From the IMG/VR virus record IMGVR_UViG_3300026321_000001: a stretch of DNA of 64,000 bases. One strand, written 5' to 3'. This DNA is from an uncultured virus (IMG/VR IMGVR_UViG_3300026321_000001) (Duplodnaviria; Heunggongvirae; Uroviricota; Caudoviricetes). The notes under the pieces are model-generated. The model was not told the DNA's origin, searched no databases, and was given only the letters and a program-made list of their open reading frames with translations. Made by a program: the position numbers and the translations under genes. Positions within the stretch are counted from its first letter, which is position 1. Every line of letters starts with the position of its first letter. Below are positions 10,270-19,179 of the stretch, in pieces.

Positions 10270-10851
10270 TTACTGTTGATCTTCTTGAATTGTCTTAGCA
10301 TAGGGTAGCATCTCCTTAAATGTTCTAGTAGCAAATCCGTAAGCAACTCTTACTTCATCTGCCATATCATCATTGAGTTTAGCACGAATAGCACCTTTTA
10401 GTTTGTCTGGGTTCTCAAATACGTACATATGTGACGAACCAGGTACTTTCTTAGCAAGCATCTGTCCACCCATAAGGTCACCCATATGACGTGTATAGAT
10501 GTGTGCCATTAATCTATCCTGCCTACTCTTCTCACTAACATCCTTCTCAATCTCAGCAATGTACTTAGTAAATTCCTTTGTAGTCTCTAATGTTGGTGGT
10601 ACTTCTACACCGTGCTCTGCCCATAACTCTTGAAAGTCCTTAACTAAACCTGGATACCTGTTGATATCATCTAATCCTGATAGCACATCTGCTTTAGATG
10701 CTGCATTCTCTAGTACATCATATTGTTGTATTTGATTATACAAGAAGATTGCATAAGACTTGGGATGTAGTGTCCCACCGAACATCATACCAACAAAGGG
10801 TTGCTCCTCTGCTCTCTTGTGATGTTCCCACGTTGCTTCTTTAAGTGACAT
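10270..10851 (-). CDS. ho1: Heme oxygenase
   Basis: LKEATWEHHKRAE (proximal His) and AHIYTRHMGDLMGGQ signature. Confidence 0.92.
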   Translation of the reverse strand: MSLKEATWEHHKRAEEQPFVGMMFGGTLHPKSYAIFLYNQIQQYDVLENAASKADVLSGLDDINRYPGLVKDFQELWAEHGVEVPPTLETTKEFTKYIAEIEKDVSEKSRQDRLMAHIYTRHMGDLMGGQMLAKKVPGSSHMYVFENPDKLKGAIRAKLNDDMADEVRVAYGFATRTFKEMLPYAKTIQEDQQ

Positions 10852-11072
10852 TAGATCTCAATGTGTTTAAGGTTGACAAATTTTTCAATGGTTTCATCTA
10901 CCTGTTGGTAGATAGGTGATAGATCTATGTTAGATCTGATATCGTGTGCAATCTGGTCAACTTGTTCTTCAGTCAGACAATGGTCTGGATGTAAAGAGTT
11001 GCACACTGGGATACGTTGTTCAACCAACTCATTCAAGTTAATACGTATCTCATAATCTCTGTAGACTGGCAT
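10851..11072 (-). CDS. Conserved cyanophage hypothetical protein
   Basis: MPVYRDYEIRINLNEL; TAATG coupling on both sides. Confidence 0.7.
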   Translation of the reverse strand: MPVYRDYEIRINLNELVEQRIPVCNSLHPDHCLTEEQVDQIAHDIRSNIDLSPIYQQVDETIEKFVNLKHIEI

Positions 11073-11410
11073 TAGTAACTGGGATCTCCTGGTATGTTGT
11101 CATCATCAATAGCAGTTGACTCTCCAATCATTTCAATCCCTTCCTCTGGTTCAGCGTTGAGTTCGAATGATGGCATACCAACCTCGCTATCATCTCCCAT
11201 TATATCACGTTTTACCATAAACAGTGCATCAATAGCACCTTCTAACCTGGATCTCTGACTGTAAGCATCAGATCTCTTTTGGAAGTCAATGGTAGTGACA
11301 CCATAAGGGTTCAGTTTCTTATTACTGAACTCTTCATCCAACTCCTCAATCAGTTTACTCTGTTCTTCCTTCTGTAAGTGGAAGTTTTGTATTAGTTCAT
11401 CGATGTTCAT
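11072..11410 (-). CDS. Hypothetical protein
   Basis: Translationally coupled to both neighbours. Confidence 0.7.
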   Translation of the reverse strand: MNIDELIQNFHLQKEEQSKLIEELDEEFSNKKLNPYGVTTIDFQKRSDAYSQRSRLEGAIDALFMVKRDIMGDDSEVGMPSFELNAEPEEGIEMIGESTAIDDDNIPGDPSY

Positions 11411-12213
11411 CGTTTGGTTCCGTCTGAGTGATAGTTGATCGCTCGCATTGCTCTTGCAATCTTTCTAGTTACAGTGTCTTCAGTTGAATACTCTGCTGCG
11501 AGTGAGTAATTGAAAGATTGTTCTAAGTCCCAGTCTTTTGGTTCAGCAGGTTCTTGAGTAAAATCATACCAATCTTTCTCAATGTGTTCACGTAACACAG
11601 GTATAAATTGTGCTAGTGGTGTTCCTGCTTTAATAAGTGTACCATCTGGTCCAGAGTCAAGCACTTTCCAGTACAATTGGACGTTGACTTGCATTGCAAA
11701 CCGTGGGTCATACATACCAGCAACTGCCTCGAATCTAGTTTCGTTGTTGTAATACACTGGGAGTTGTAAAAACACAATGTCATCACTAGCACGAACCCTC
11801 CAAGGTGTTTCAAGTTTTATAACGTGAGCAAGAGTATCTTGTGGAAATACTCCTGACTCTGCATCCTCAAGCAGTGGGACTGTCTGATCTGGTGGATGAT
11901 CTCCAATAAAATTGGAGTGTCTGGTAAAGTTGGTTACCTGTTCATATCTATAAGAGATACCGTCATTCTCTGTCCATATCCTGAAATCCATAGGTGAGGT
12001 TACCACCCAACCCATACGTGTGATTTGTTTTAGACCTGGACAATTAGCAACGTTTTGTGTACCCATAAATGGACACCTTCTACCCTTCGCATCCTTATCC
12101 TTCCATTGTCTTTTAATGGTTGAAGCAGGAAGCAGTGGATAGTTCTCTGCTAGACCAGGTTCAAGTGAGAAGAATCTGATCCACGGTTTCTTCTTACGGA
12201 AGATATTCCACAT
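11407..12213 (-). CDS. Conserved unknown protein, distant relative of the 7572/8252 family
   Basis: CPG...GW...P, KLETPW and IKAGTPLAQFIP motifs; likely start MWNIF. Confidence 0.65.
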   Translation of the reverse strand: MWNIFRKKKPWIRFFSLEPGLAENYPLLPASTIKRQWKDKDAKGRRCPFMGTQNVANCPGLKQITRMGWVVTSPMDFRIWTENDGISYRYEQVTNFTRHSNFIGDHPPDQTVPLLEDAESGVFPQDTLAHVIKLETPWRVRASDDIVFLQLPVYYNNETRFEAVAGMYDPRFAMQVNVQLYWKVLDSGPDGTLIKAGTPLAQFIPVLREHIEKDWYDFTQEPAEPKDWDLEQSFNYSLAAEYSTEDTVTRKIARAMRAINYHSDGTKR

Positions 12214-13870
12214 TATCTTCTCCATAGATGTGTTCAAGTAGGTAATCATAATGAGTAGGACAGTCATCCGACTCAACAAACTTCTTCACATTAGCAATAT
12301 ATTCTTCTCTTGTCACCTTACTGACTCCTATTGCGTGCTCGTTCTCATCACCACCCATTAAGTATCTTGTACCTAACTGTAGTCCTTGACCTGCTGCAAT
12401 ATAATTCATACCGTGCATATTAGCATTCAATGGTTCAGCGTGATCTAATATAGATCCCATCCTCTCAAAGTTATCATTAACCTTGATGTTACCATCAAAC
12501 TCTTGTATCATATATTCATTACGTTGTGATGCCCACTTCCAATATGGATTATCAGTCCTCATTGACAGTGCATAGTGCATAGCAACAAACTTACCAAATC
12601 CAATAATCTCACGTCTAGCACAATAATTATACCACTGTCTCTCTATATTTGTGATGTATCCTCTTCTTCTATTGAGTATGTCAACCAGTCTAAGGATACT
12701 CTCGTGTGTTGTTAATAGTCCTGTTGATTCTAATGGTTCAACAAATCCATATGATAGACCAATAGCAAGACAATTAAGTTCCCACGCTTTATCTCTATAA
12801 CCGTGCTTCATCTCAATAGTTTCAATCTCATACTCATCAGGTGCAATACCAAACTTCTGTTCAATCCAGATCTGAAACTCTTGCTCTGTCTCGTGTTGCA
12901 TTGCAAATCGTGATGACCAAGCATAACCAACACCAATACGATTCCATAGTGGAATAGTCCACATCCAACCATTATCAGCACCAGTACAGTCAGTCACATT
13001 GTGCATTGCTTCTTTACGTTGATCTATGTCAAGGTAAGGAATACGTGCGAAGTGTGCTCTATCATTTGCAAGTATATCTTTAAAATCATTAAAGTTTACA
13101 TTCATCAATCCCTCAATGAGTGCACCTTTAAATCCAGTACAGTCAATGAATAGATCACCCTGTACTCCTACAGTCTTATTATCTGCTGCTAATCTAACTG
13201 CTAAGTGTTTAATCTCTCTATTAGATGCAGCAGGTGATCCACCTTTCTTCACATCCTTGACCATACCACGTACTTCACCTATTACGTGTGTGAATCTATC
13301 CTTCTCTGCCCACGGATAACATATATTATCTCTTAGGAACTCCCCAAACTTCTCAGCATCCAAATGATATGCTACATCAGTTTCCATATTATAGTTATCC
13401 CAATCCATATATCCTTCTGGTGTCTCAGCACTACCCCACTGCTTATTATTTGCTACAAGTGTATCGTTCTCAGGATTATAGAACTGACTGAATGACTTAT
13501 TGTCTGGATTATATTCTTCTGGATGTCTCTTCTGTAAGTCAAACCAATCTTCAATACCATTAGCAGTGTTGTCTAACTTATATTTACCAAATGGATACTG
13601 GAAGGTTGATCCTTTCTCTCTAAAATCTGTGAACTGAATACTATTCTTGTATGTGGCATTACAATACTCCATCCAGTCTGTATCTTGTAGACCTAGAGCA
13701 TCAGTAAACTTATTAAAGTGTCCCAGTGTTGACTCACCTACACCAATTGGTTTATGTTTTGCACTCTCAACAAGCACAACATTAACCCAAGGACATAGTT
13801 TCAACAAGGCAGCACAGGTCATCCAACCAGATGATCCACCACCCACAATTACAATGTTATTGACTTGCAT
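12194..13870 (-). CDS. Flavin-dependent halogenase (tryptophan halogenase family) B
   Basis: GGGSSG FAD motif, IGVGEST, ATYK (catalytic Lys), WMWTIP, FVEPLEST. Confidence 0.92.
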   Translation of the reverse strand: MQVNNIVIVGGGSSGWMTCAALLKLCPWVNVVLVESAKHKPIGVGESTLGHFNKFTDALGLQDTDWMEYCNATYKNSIQFTDFREKGSTFQYPFGKYKLDNTANGIEDWFDLQKRHPEEYNPDNKSFSQFYNPENDTLVANNKQWGSAETPEGYMDWDNYNMETDVAYHLDAEKFGEFLRDNICYPWAEKDRFTHVIGEVRGMVKDVKKGGSPAASNREIKHLAVRLAADNKTVGVQGDLFIDCTGFKGALIEGLMNVNFNDFKDILANDRAHFARIPYLDIDQRKEAMHNVTDCTGADNGWMWTIPLWNRIGVGYAWSSRFAMQHETEQEFQIWIEQKFGIAPDEYEIETIEMKHGYRDKAWELNCLAIGLSYGFVEPLESTGLLTTHESILRLVDILNRRRGYITNIERQWYNYCARREIIGFGKFVAMHYALSMRTDNPYWKWASQRNEYMIQEFDGNIKVNDNFERMGSILDHAEPLNANMHGMNYIAAGQGLQLGTRYLMGGDENEHAIGVSKVTREEYIANVKKFVESDDCPTHYDYLLEHIYGEDNVEYLP

Positions 13871-13873
13871 AAT

Positions 13874-15391
13874 CTAATTGATACCGTCAGTATTATATAG
13901 GGTCTGGTTGTAGAAGTCAAGTGGGACAGGCATATTATTGGCAATCTGAATTCCCTGTTCAAGTCTCATACTAACCTCATTGTCCACATTCTTGAGCATC
14001 TCATCGTCATATAGTTTATCATAGTGTGCTTCCATATCCATTATCTCCTTCCTACCAATGATAGTATATCCTAGTCCTGCCAATACAAACTGCATACCAA
14101 TAAACAAATCATTTAATGTTGTTGGTATGTCCCTACAATCAATTTGATTTAGTGTATGGAAGTAAACAGAAGTTGCTGCATCCCAATATGGTGTGTCATC
14201 CTTGAATGCTGCGGTGAAATGATGGACAACAAAATCTCTGAATGTCATAAACTTAACGTGACACGCTGCATTGAACCAGTCACGTTGTAGTCCTGACAAT
14301 GTATCCACCTTTGGATCAGCAAATTGTATGAAATTAAATAGAAACTCGTGTACTGAGAACAAACCACCTGATTCTAATGGTTCAATGAAACCAGCAGACA
14401 ACCCAATAGCTAGAGTATTGCCTACCCATATCTTTTCTCTCATACCTGTTGGCCAACGTATATATCTGAAATCACTATCAGGTGCATCAGGACAACCTAG
14501 ATGATCTTTAAATTCTTTGAGTGCAAATCTCTTGTCTTGGAACTTACTACTGAAATTATATCCTGTACCAATCCTATTCCAAGTTGGTACCTTCCAGACC
14601 CATCCACTTGATAGTGCTGTAACACTGGTATAACTTGTAAGTTCCCGTGCCTTATCAACATACTCCCGTTTAGTGCACCACGTACTGTCATTGAGTAACA
14701 CGTCCCTCCAATCTTCCCAGGGTACACCCAGGCGATTCATCAATATTGCTCTGAATCCTGTGCAATCTATGAATAGATCAGCAGTTATCTCTCTACCATC
14801 ATCAAGAGTTAGTTTCTCTATATTGTCACCATTAGTGTCTATCCTATCTACTGTCTCTCTAATATAATTTAAACCACGTGGTAAGCAGAACTTATCCTTT
14901 AAGTACGTAGCAAACTTAGTAGCATCGATATGATAACCAACTAACTTGTCTATGTGTGGTGTATATAATTTTCCCTGTTCAGATACTGCTGCTGCATTAG
15001 AGTATACATTTTGGAATGTATTATTTGAAGGCTGACGATAATGCTTCCAAACATAGTAATCTAATGGTGGTAGACCTGTGTCATAGCTACCAAAAGGGTA
15101 CTGCCACGGTTGGTCAGTACCCCAATTTTCAAATCTAATGCTGTTCTTATATGTTGCGTCACACGCTGGCATCCACTCTTTATCTTCGAGTTCAAGATAC
15201 CTTACAAATGTATTAAAATGCTGTGTTGTAGATTCCCCTACCCCTATAGTTCCAACTAGAGGAGACTCTATCAACGTAATATTCTTAGAAGCCTTGGAAA
15301 GGGGACTGTCACCAAAATGTTTAAGTAACACTGATGCTGTCATCCACCCTGCACTGCCACCTCCGACAATACAGATGTTATTAAATTTCAT
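13874..15391 (-). CDS. Flavin-dependent halogenase (tryptophan halogenase family) A
   Basis: GGGSAG, IGVGEST, ATYK, WVWKVP, FIEPLESG. Confidence 0.92.
   Translation of the reverse strand: MKFNNICIVGGGSAGWMTASVLLKHFGDSPLSKASKNITLIESPLVGTIGVGESTTQHFNTFVRYLELEDKEWMPACDATYKNSIRFENWGTDQPWQYPFGSYDTGLPPLDYYVWKHYRQPSNNTFQNVYSNAAAVSEQGKLYTPHIDKLVGYHIDATKFATYLKDKFCLPRGLNYIRETVDRIDTNGDNIEKLTLDDGREITADLFIDCTGFRAILMNRLGVPWEDWRDVLLNDSTWCTKREYVDKARELTSYTSVTALSSGWVWKVPTWNRIGTGYNFSSKFQDKRFALKEFKDHLGCPDAPDSDFRYIRWPTGMREKIWVGNTLAIGLSAGFIEPLESGGLFSVHEFLFNFIQFADPKVDTLSGLQRDWFNAACHVKFMTFRDFVVHHFTAAFKDDTPYWDAATSVYFHTLNQIDCRDIPTTLNDLFIGMQFVLAGLGYTIIGRKEIMDMEAHYDKLYDDEMLKNVDNEVSMRLEQGIQIANNMPVPLDFYNQTLYNTDGIN
13892..13920 (-). 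promoter_or_regulatory. sigma70-type promoter for halogenase B, inside the 3' end of halogenase A
   Basis: TTGACT-17 nt-TATAAT, with the -10 element ~21 nt before the ATG. Confidence 0.75.
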
Positions 15392-15397
15392 AATGAG

Positions 15398-15922
15398 TTA
15401 AGTAGGTGGTTCTACGTATGCTCCACCCCAGTTTGAATAACGTTCCCAACAGGGACTGTCTTGTGCACTTATCTTAGCAGGTCTTGTGGTTGATGGCTCA
15501 ACAACGTCAGACATATACTCTGCGATTTCATCTTCTGTCATCGCTGGATCCATTGGTTCTTCTACATCAGACGGTCTTTGAGTATTCTCTTTGACTGTCT
15601 TAACGTGCTGGAACCAACTAGCGTCAGAAGCGTTCAAAGCTTTACCCGCAGCTAAGTCTTTGTACAGCATATCTAATTGCTGACCAACTTCACCGTATGC
15701 TACACGTCTTGTCGTAGCAGGATCAGCATATGTTTCAGTTCTCTTGACCCAGATCATATCAGCAGCACTTGGTGACCATTCTAGTGTCCAAGAGTTAGTA
15801 ATATCATCAGGGGCATTCACCCACATTTGAGAGCAACCACGTCCTAAGAACAATGTGTACTCTTCACCAGGATCCACTACGTCTGCTACGTAGCCATTAA
15901 AGTCCATTAATGCTTTCTTCAT
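15398..15922 (-). CDS. Hypothetical protein, possible fibre assembly chaperone
   Basis: RRVAYGEVGQQLDMLYKD...WFQHVKTVK motif typical of fibre-associated ORFs; lies next to a Gly-rich gene. Confidence 0.55.
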   Translation of the reverse strand: MKKALMDFNGYVADVVDPGEEYTLFLGRGCSQMWVNAPDDITNSWTLEWSPSAADMIWVKRTETYADPATTRRVAYGEVGQQLDMLYKDLAAGKALNASDASWFQHVKTVKENTQRPSDVEEPMDPAMTEDEIAEYMSDVVEPSTTRPAKISAQDSPCWERYSNWGGAYVEPPT

Positions 15923-15931
15923 TGGATCTCC

Positions 15932-16732
15932 CTACTTGTAGTTAATAACAGTAATGACACCGTACTTACCGTTTGAACCACGGAAAGAACCAAAGTGTCC
16001 ACCAGATCCACCACTACCATAAGCAGAGTGATCTTGGTGATTATGTGAGAAGTTACCACCATTTGGCCAACCAGCAGCAACTGATCCTCCAAAGTGAGAT
16101 GGTCCTCCAGTTCCACCACCGTGAGCAGCGTGGGACTGTCCACCTCCACCCCAGATGTTAATGTCTCCACCAGAACCATTACGTCCTAGTCCACCTGAGT
16201 GGGAGTTGTTACGTGCAGCACCGTGTCCACCACCAGCAGATAGATATGGTCCAAAGGATGAGGATCCTCCGTCTCCACCACGGTTAAAGTACCAAGTACC
16301 TCCACCGCCTCCACCAACTGAAATACCAACTGAAGAAATGTTTTCGACGCTCATTACACGCTCAGAATATCCACCAGCACCACCAGACTCTCCGTGTCCA
16401 GCACCACCTCCTCCACCACCATTGCAGCGGACGTGAATATACTTCACACCTGATGGTCTGTTCCAGGTTCCACCCCCAGTCCAGACGTTCATATTGTAAA
16501 TGTTTTCGGAACTTACAGATGCCCAAGACATCGAAGAACCATTGTTAGTTAGAAACTTTCCAGACTGTCCTGAGATACTAGGTACTATCTGACCAGACGA
16601 ACCTGACATAGTTCCGTTCACGGTCAAATTACTGCACGTTAATGTTCCGTTCGCAGTAATATTACCAGACGCTAGGGTAAATCCACCGATGCCTGACAGG
16701 TCTCTAATAGATGCAACTTTAAGTGTACTCAT
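15932..16732 (-). CDS. Gly-rich fibre/adhesin-like virion protein
   Basis: MSTLKV-type N-terminus, WNRPSGV, many GGGGG runs; late promoter upstream. Confidence 0.75.
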   Translation of the reverse strand: MSTLKVASIRDLSGIGGFTLASGNITANGTLTCSNLTVNGTMSGSSGQIVPSISGQSGKFLTNNGSSMSWASVSSENIYNMNVWTGGGTWNRPSGVKYIHVRCNGGGGGGAGHGESGGAGGYSERVMSVENISSVGISVGGGGGGTWYFNRGGDGGSSSFGPYLSAGGGHGAARNNSHSGGLGRNGSGGDINIWGGGGQSHAAHGGGTGGPSHFGGSVAAGWPNGGNFSHNHQDHSAYGSGGSGGHFGSFRGSNGKYGVITVINYK

Positions 16733-16758
16733 TTTACCTGTTTAGTTTTCCTCAAATC

Positions 16759-16766
16759 TATTTATA
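16759..16766 (-). promoter_or_regulatory. T4-type late promoter
   Basis: TATAAATA 26 nt upstream of the ATG at 16732. Confidence 0.8.
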
Positions 16767-16769
16767 TGT

Positions 16770-17324
16770 TTATGGAGTTGGTCTAACCTCATCTGTTTCC
16801 AGATATGGTTGATCCCTATTCCATTGATCATCATCAGGGTAATAACCTGGATGATAATGTACTTTATTGGCAGGATAATCCCTTCCAGTGGACTCATCCT
16901 CCCATTTCTCTACCTTGAAGGTCTCCTTATATTTCAAAGTGATACCATCTTCTTTAACCCAAGCCTGTACTATGTAATCAGTATCGGGTTCAAGTCTAGG
17001 GAAACTTATATTTTCAAACCAAGGACAGTCTGTACAGATGATACTATCGTACTTCATCTCATACAGTGGTGTATCTGTTCCTTTGCTGATACACACGTAC
17101 ATCTCTAGGTTATTAAATTCTAATGCGTACACACCATTCTTTCTAACACTCATCTTAACATTAGGATCGTAAGATTTTAGTGTTTGAAATCCAGATGCTT
17201 CCACAGTATTAAGAGCAACATCAAATACTATTGTTGCTTCATTATATTCTAATGCCTGTACCTCATTGTCAGCAGGTTTGGCAGTATGAATATCGGTTTG
17301 AGTTGGGTTACTAGTTGGTTCCAT
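16770..17324 (-). CDS. Hypothetical protein
   Basis: 184 aa ORF coupled (TAATG) to the upstream Gly-rich gene. Confidence 0.7.
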   Translation of the reverse strand: MEPTSNPTQTDIHTAKPADNEVQALEYNEATIVFDVALNTVEASGFQTLKSYDPNVKMSVRKNGVYALEFNNLEMYVCISKGTDTPLYEMKYDSIICTDCPWFENISFPRLEPDTDYIVQAWVKEDGITLKYKETFKVEKWEDESTGRDYPANKVHYHPGYYPDDDQWNRDQPYLETDEVRPTP

Positions 17325-18295
17325 TAAGCCTCATAGCATACTGTTATGTTACCAGTTCCACCATTATATTGTCCAGCCCCGTTACGAGCCCAATGACCCC
17401 AGTTTCCACCGTTGCCATAAGATCCACTCCAAGTCCCTGTGTCATCAGCATAGTTAGAACTTGACCAATTGTTTCCTCCACCTCCACCTGCTGCTCCATT
17501 ACAGTCACAGCCTGGGTTTCCTCCACAATTTCCAGCGTTCCAACCGCCTCCACCACCGCCTCCTCCAGAGGCATCATTACCTGGTCTTCCACATTCATCA
17601 CCATTAGTATCTCCATTACCACCGTGTGCTCCACCCTGTGAACCACACTGTCCGTTCTCTCCTCTCTGGTGTCCTGCTCCTCCTCGACCAGCACCACTAC
17701 ATCCTTCACGACCACCGCCCCCGCCACCACCTGCTGCTACCAACAGGATATTGCCCTGAGACAAGTTAACACCCCAAGGTGAGAAGAACATACTTGCTGC
17801 TCCACCACCTCCACCTCCAGCAGAGCATCCTCTACAAGAAGCGTGAGTACCACGTCCACCTGATCCATAACCAGATCCATTATTACCATTACCTCCACCA
17901 CCCCAACATCCGAAGCAACCTCCTCCGTTAGAGCCACCACCTCCGACATATGCTCGGAAGCGTCTGGACTGAACCCATCCTTGTTCTAAGATGAGTCGTG
18001 CATAGGCAGCACCACCTGATCCACCGTGTGCACCACCTTGACCGCCATTACCACCAGCTGCACCCCAAGCCCAAACCCAAATATAGTTACCAGTACCTGA
18101 GTTAATATACAGGCTATTGTCCCCACTTCCTTGGAAGCGATGACATCGAAGTTGTTTTCCAAATTGTGATGTTGTAAATACTGAACCGTTATTATCAGCA
18201 GTAACTGCTTCGATTCCTCCAGCACCACCACCTCTTGATCCTAGCGAGTGTGAAAGACCGTTAAGTATACCTGAATAACCAATTTGTGTTCCCAT
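17324..18295 (-). CDS. Gly/Cys-rich fibre/adhesin-like protein
   Basis: Polyglycine runs with 12 Cys; likely start MGTQIG overlapping the upstream stop (TAATG). Confidence 0.75.
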   Translation of the reverse strand: MGTQIGYSGILNGLSHSLGSRGGGAGGIEAVTADNNGSVFTTSQFGKQLRCHRFQGSGDNSLYINSGTGNYIWVWAWGAAGGNGGQGGAHGGSGGAAYARLILEQGWVQSRRFRAYVGGGGSNGGGCFGCWGGGGNGNNGSGYGSGGRGTHASCRGCSAGGGGGGAASMFFSPWGVNLSQGNILLVAAGGGGGGGREGCSGAGRGGAGHQRGENGQCGSQGGAHGGNGDTNGDECGRPGNDASGGGGGGGGWNAGNCGGNPGCDCNGAAGGGGGNNWSSSNYADDTGTWSGSYGNGGNWGHWARNGAGQYNGGTGNITVCYEA

Positions 18296-19149
18296 TATGC
18301 GTAATTCGATCCTGAGCCAAAGACAGTGAATGCGTGTTGAGCAGTATTTGGTGTATGTACCATAGCAAATGATACTACGCACCATTTCTCATCGTGTGAT
18401 GGAGCTGATCCACCTATCCACTGGATGTTAGTACTCTGTCCATTAATATTAATGGATGATGGAATACCAGACCCACCTACTTCATATATAGCACACGTAA
18501 TACCATATCCGTGAGCTCCATCAGTAGGAACATTGTTTAAAGATAATGTCCAGTTACCTCCACCGTTCTTGTTTATCCAGATAGAGTTACCATTATTATA
18601 GTCGTGAGTTATACTTCCACTAGTTGTATAGAAGTAGACACGCTCTGAAGTTTCTTCAAAGTGAAATCTACCAGTTGAAGTAATATGTTGTGACTCAATA
18701 TCAACGAAGTGAGCATAGGACAGATCGTCGTCTCCAAGTAATGTCCACGTTGCTCCGTTTTCAATCGTGACCGTAAATCCTGAGTCAATCTGTACAGGAC
18801 CAGCAGTAAATCCGTTTGTAAATTCTACACCACCGTTCGCTATAGGACCAATGGTTATGTTTTCTGTTATATTTGTACCGTTCGTTCTAATTATACTTCC
18901 TTCACCAAGAGCAGGACCACCTCCACCAACGTCTGTCCAACCTGGGTTACCCTGGTTAGCATCCTGTTTGTAGATCTGTGCCATATCTTCGGTGCTGTTA
19001 TACACCAAAGTACCAAACGCAGGAGTTCCCAACGCAGTGACTTGAGCCTGGTTGAGATACGGTAAGTTAAGTTGTTCAGTAATACTCCACGCTTCTACAA
19101 GACCTCTTGTAGTTGCCTGAATATTATTACCATTAATCTTTGTAGTCAT
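18295..19149 (-). CDS. Virion structural/fibre protein
   Basis: GTLVYNST and IIRTNGTNITENITI...AGPVQI fibre-type modules; CTAAATA late promoter at 19177. Confidence 0.7.
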   Translation of the reverse strand: MTTKINGNNIQATTRGLVEAWSITEQLNLPYLNQAQVTALGTPAFGTLVYNSTEDMAQIYKQDANQGNPGWTDVGGGGPALGEGSIIRTNGTNITENITIGPIANGGVEFTNGFTAGPVQIDSGFTVTIENGATWTLLGDDDLSYAHFVDIESQHITSTGRFHFEETSERVYFYTTSGSITHDYNNGNSIWINKNGGGNWTLSLNNVPTDGAHGYGITCAIYEVGGSGIPSSININGQSTNIQWIGGSAPSHDEKWCVVSFAMVHTPNTAQHAFTVFGSGSNYA

Positions 19150-19179
19150 CTACTACTACCCTCCTTCTATGTTAACTAT

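Noticed and set aside
16155..17759. Pro-rich plus-strand ORFs and Val-rich alternative-frame ORFs
   Set aside because: Shadows of GGN codon runs in the Gly-rich minus-strand genes
12194..18295. RiPP cluster with the Gly/Cys-rich ORFs as precursors
   Set aside because: The ORFs are 266-323 aa fibre-like proteins; no leader/core precursor, protease or exporter seen
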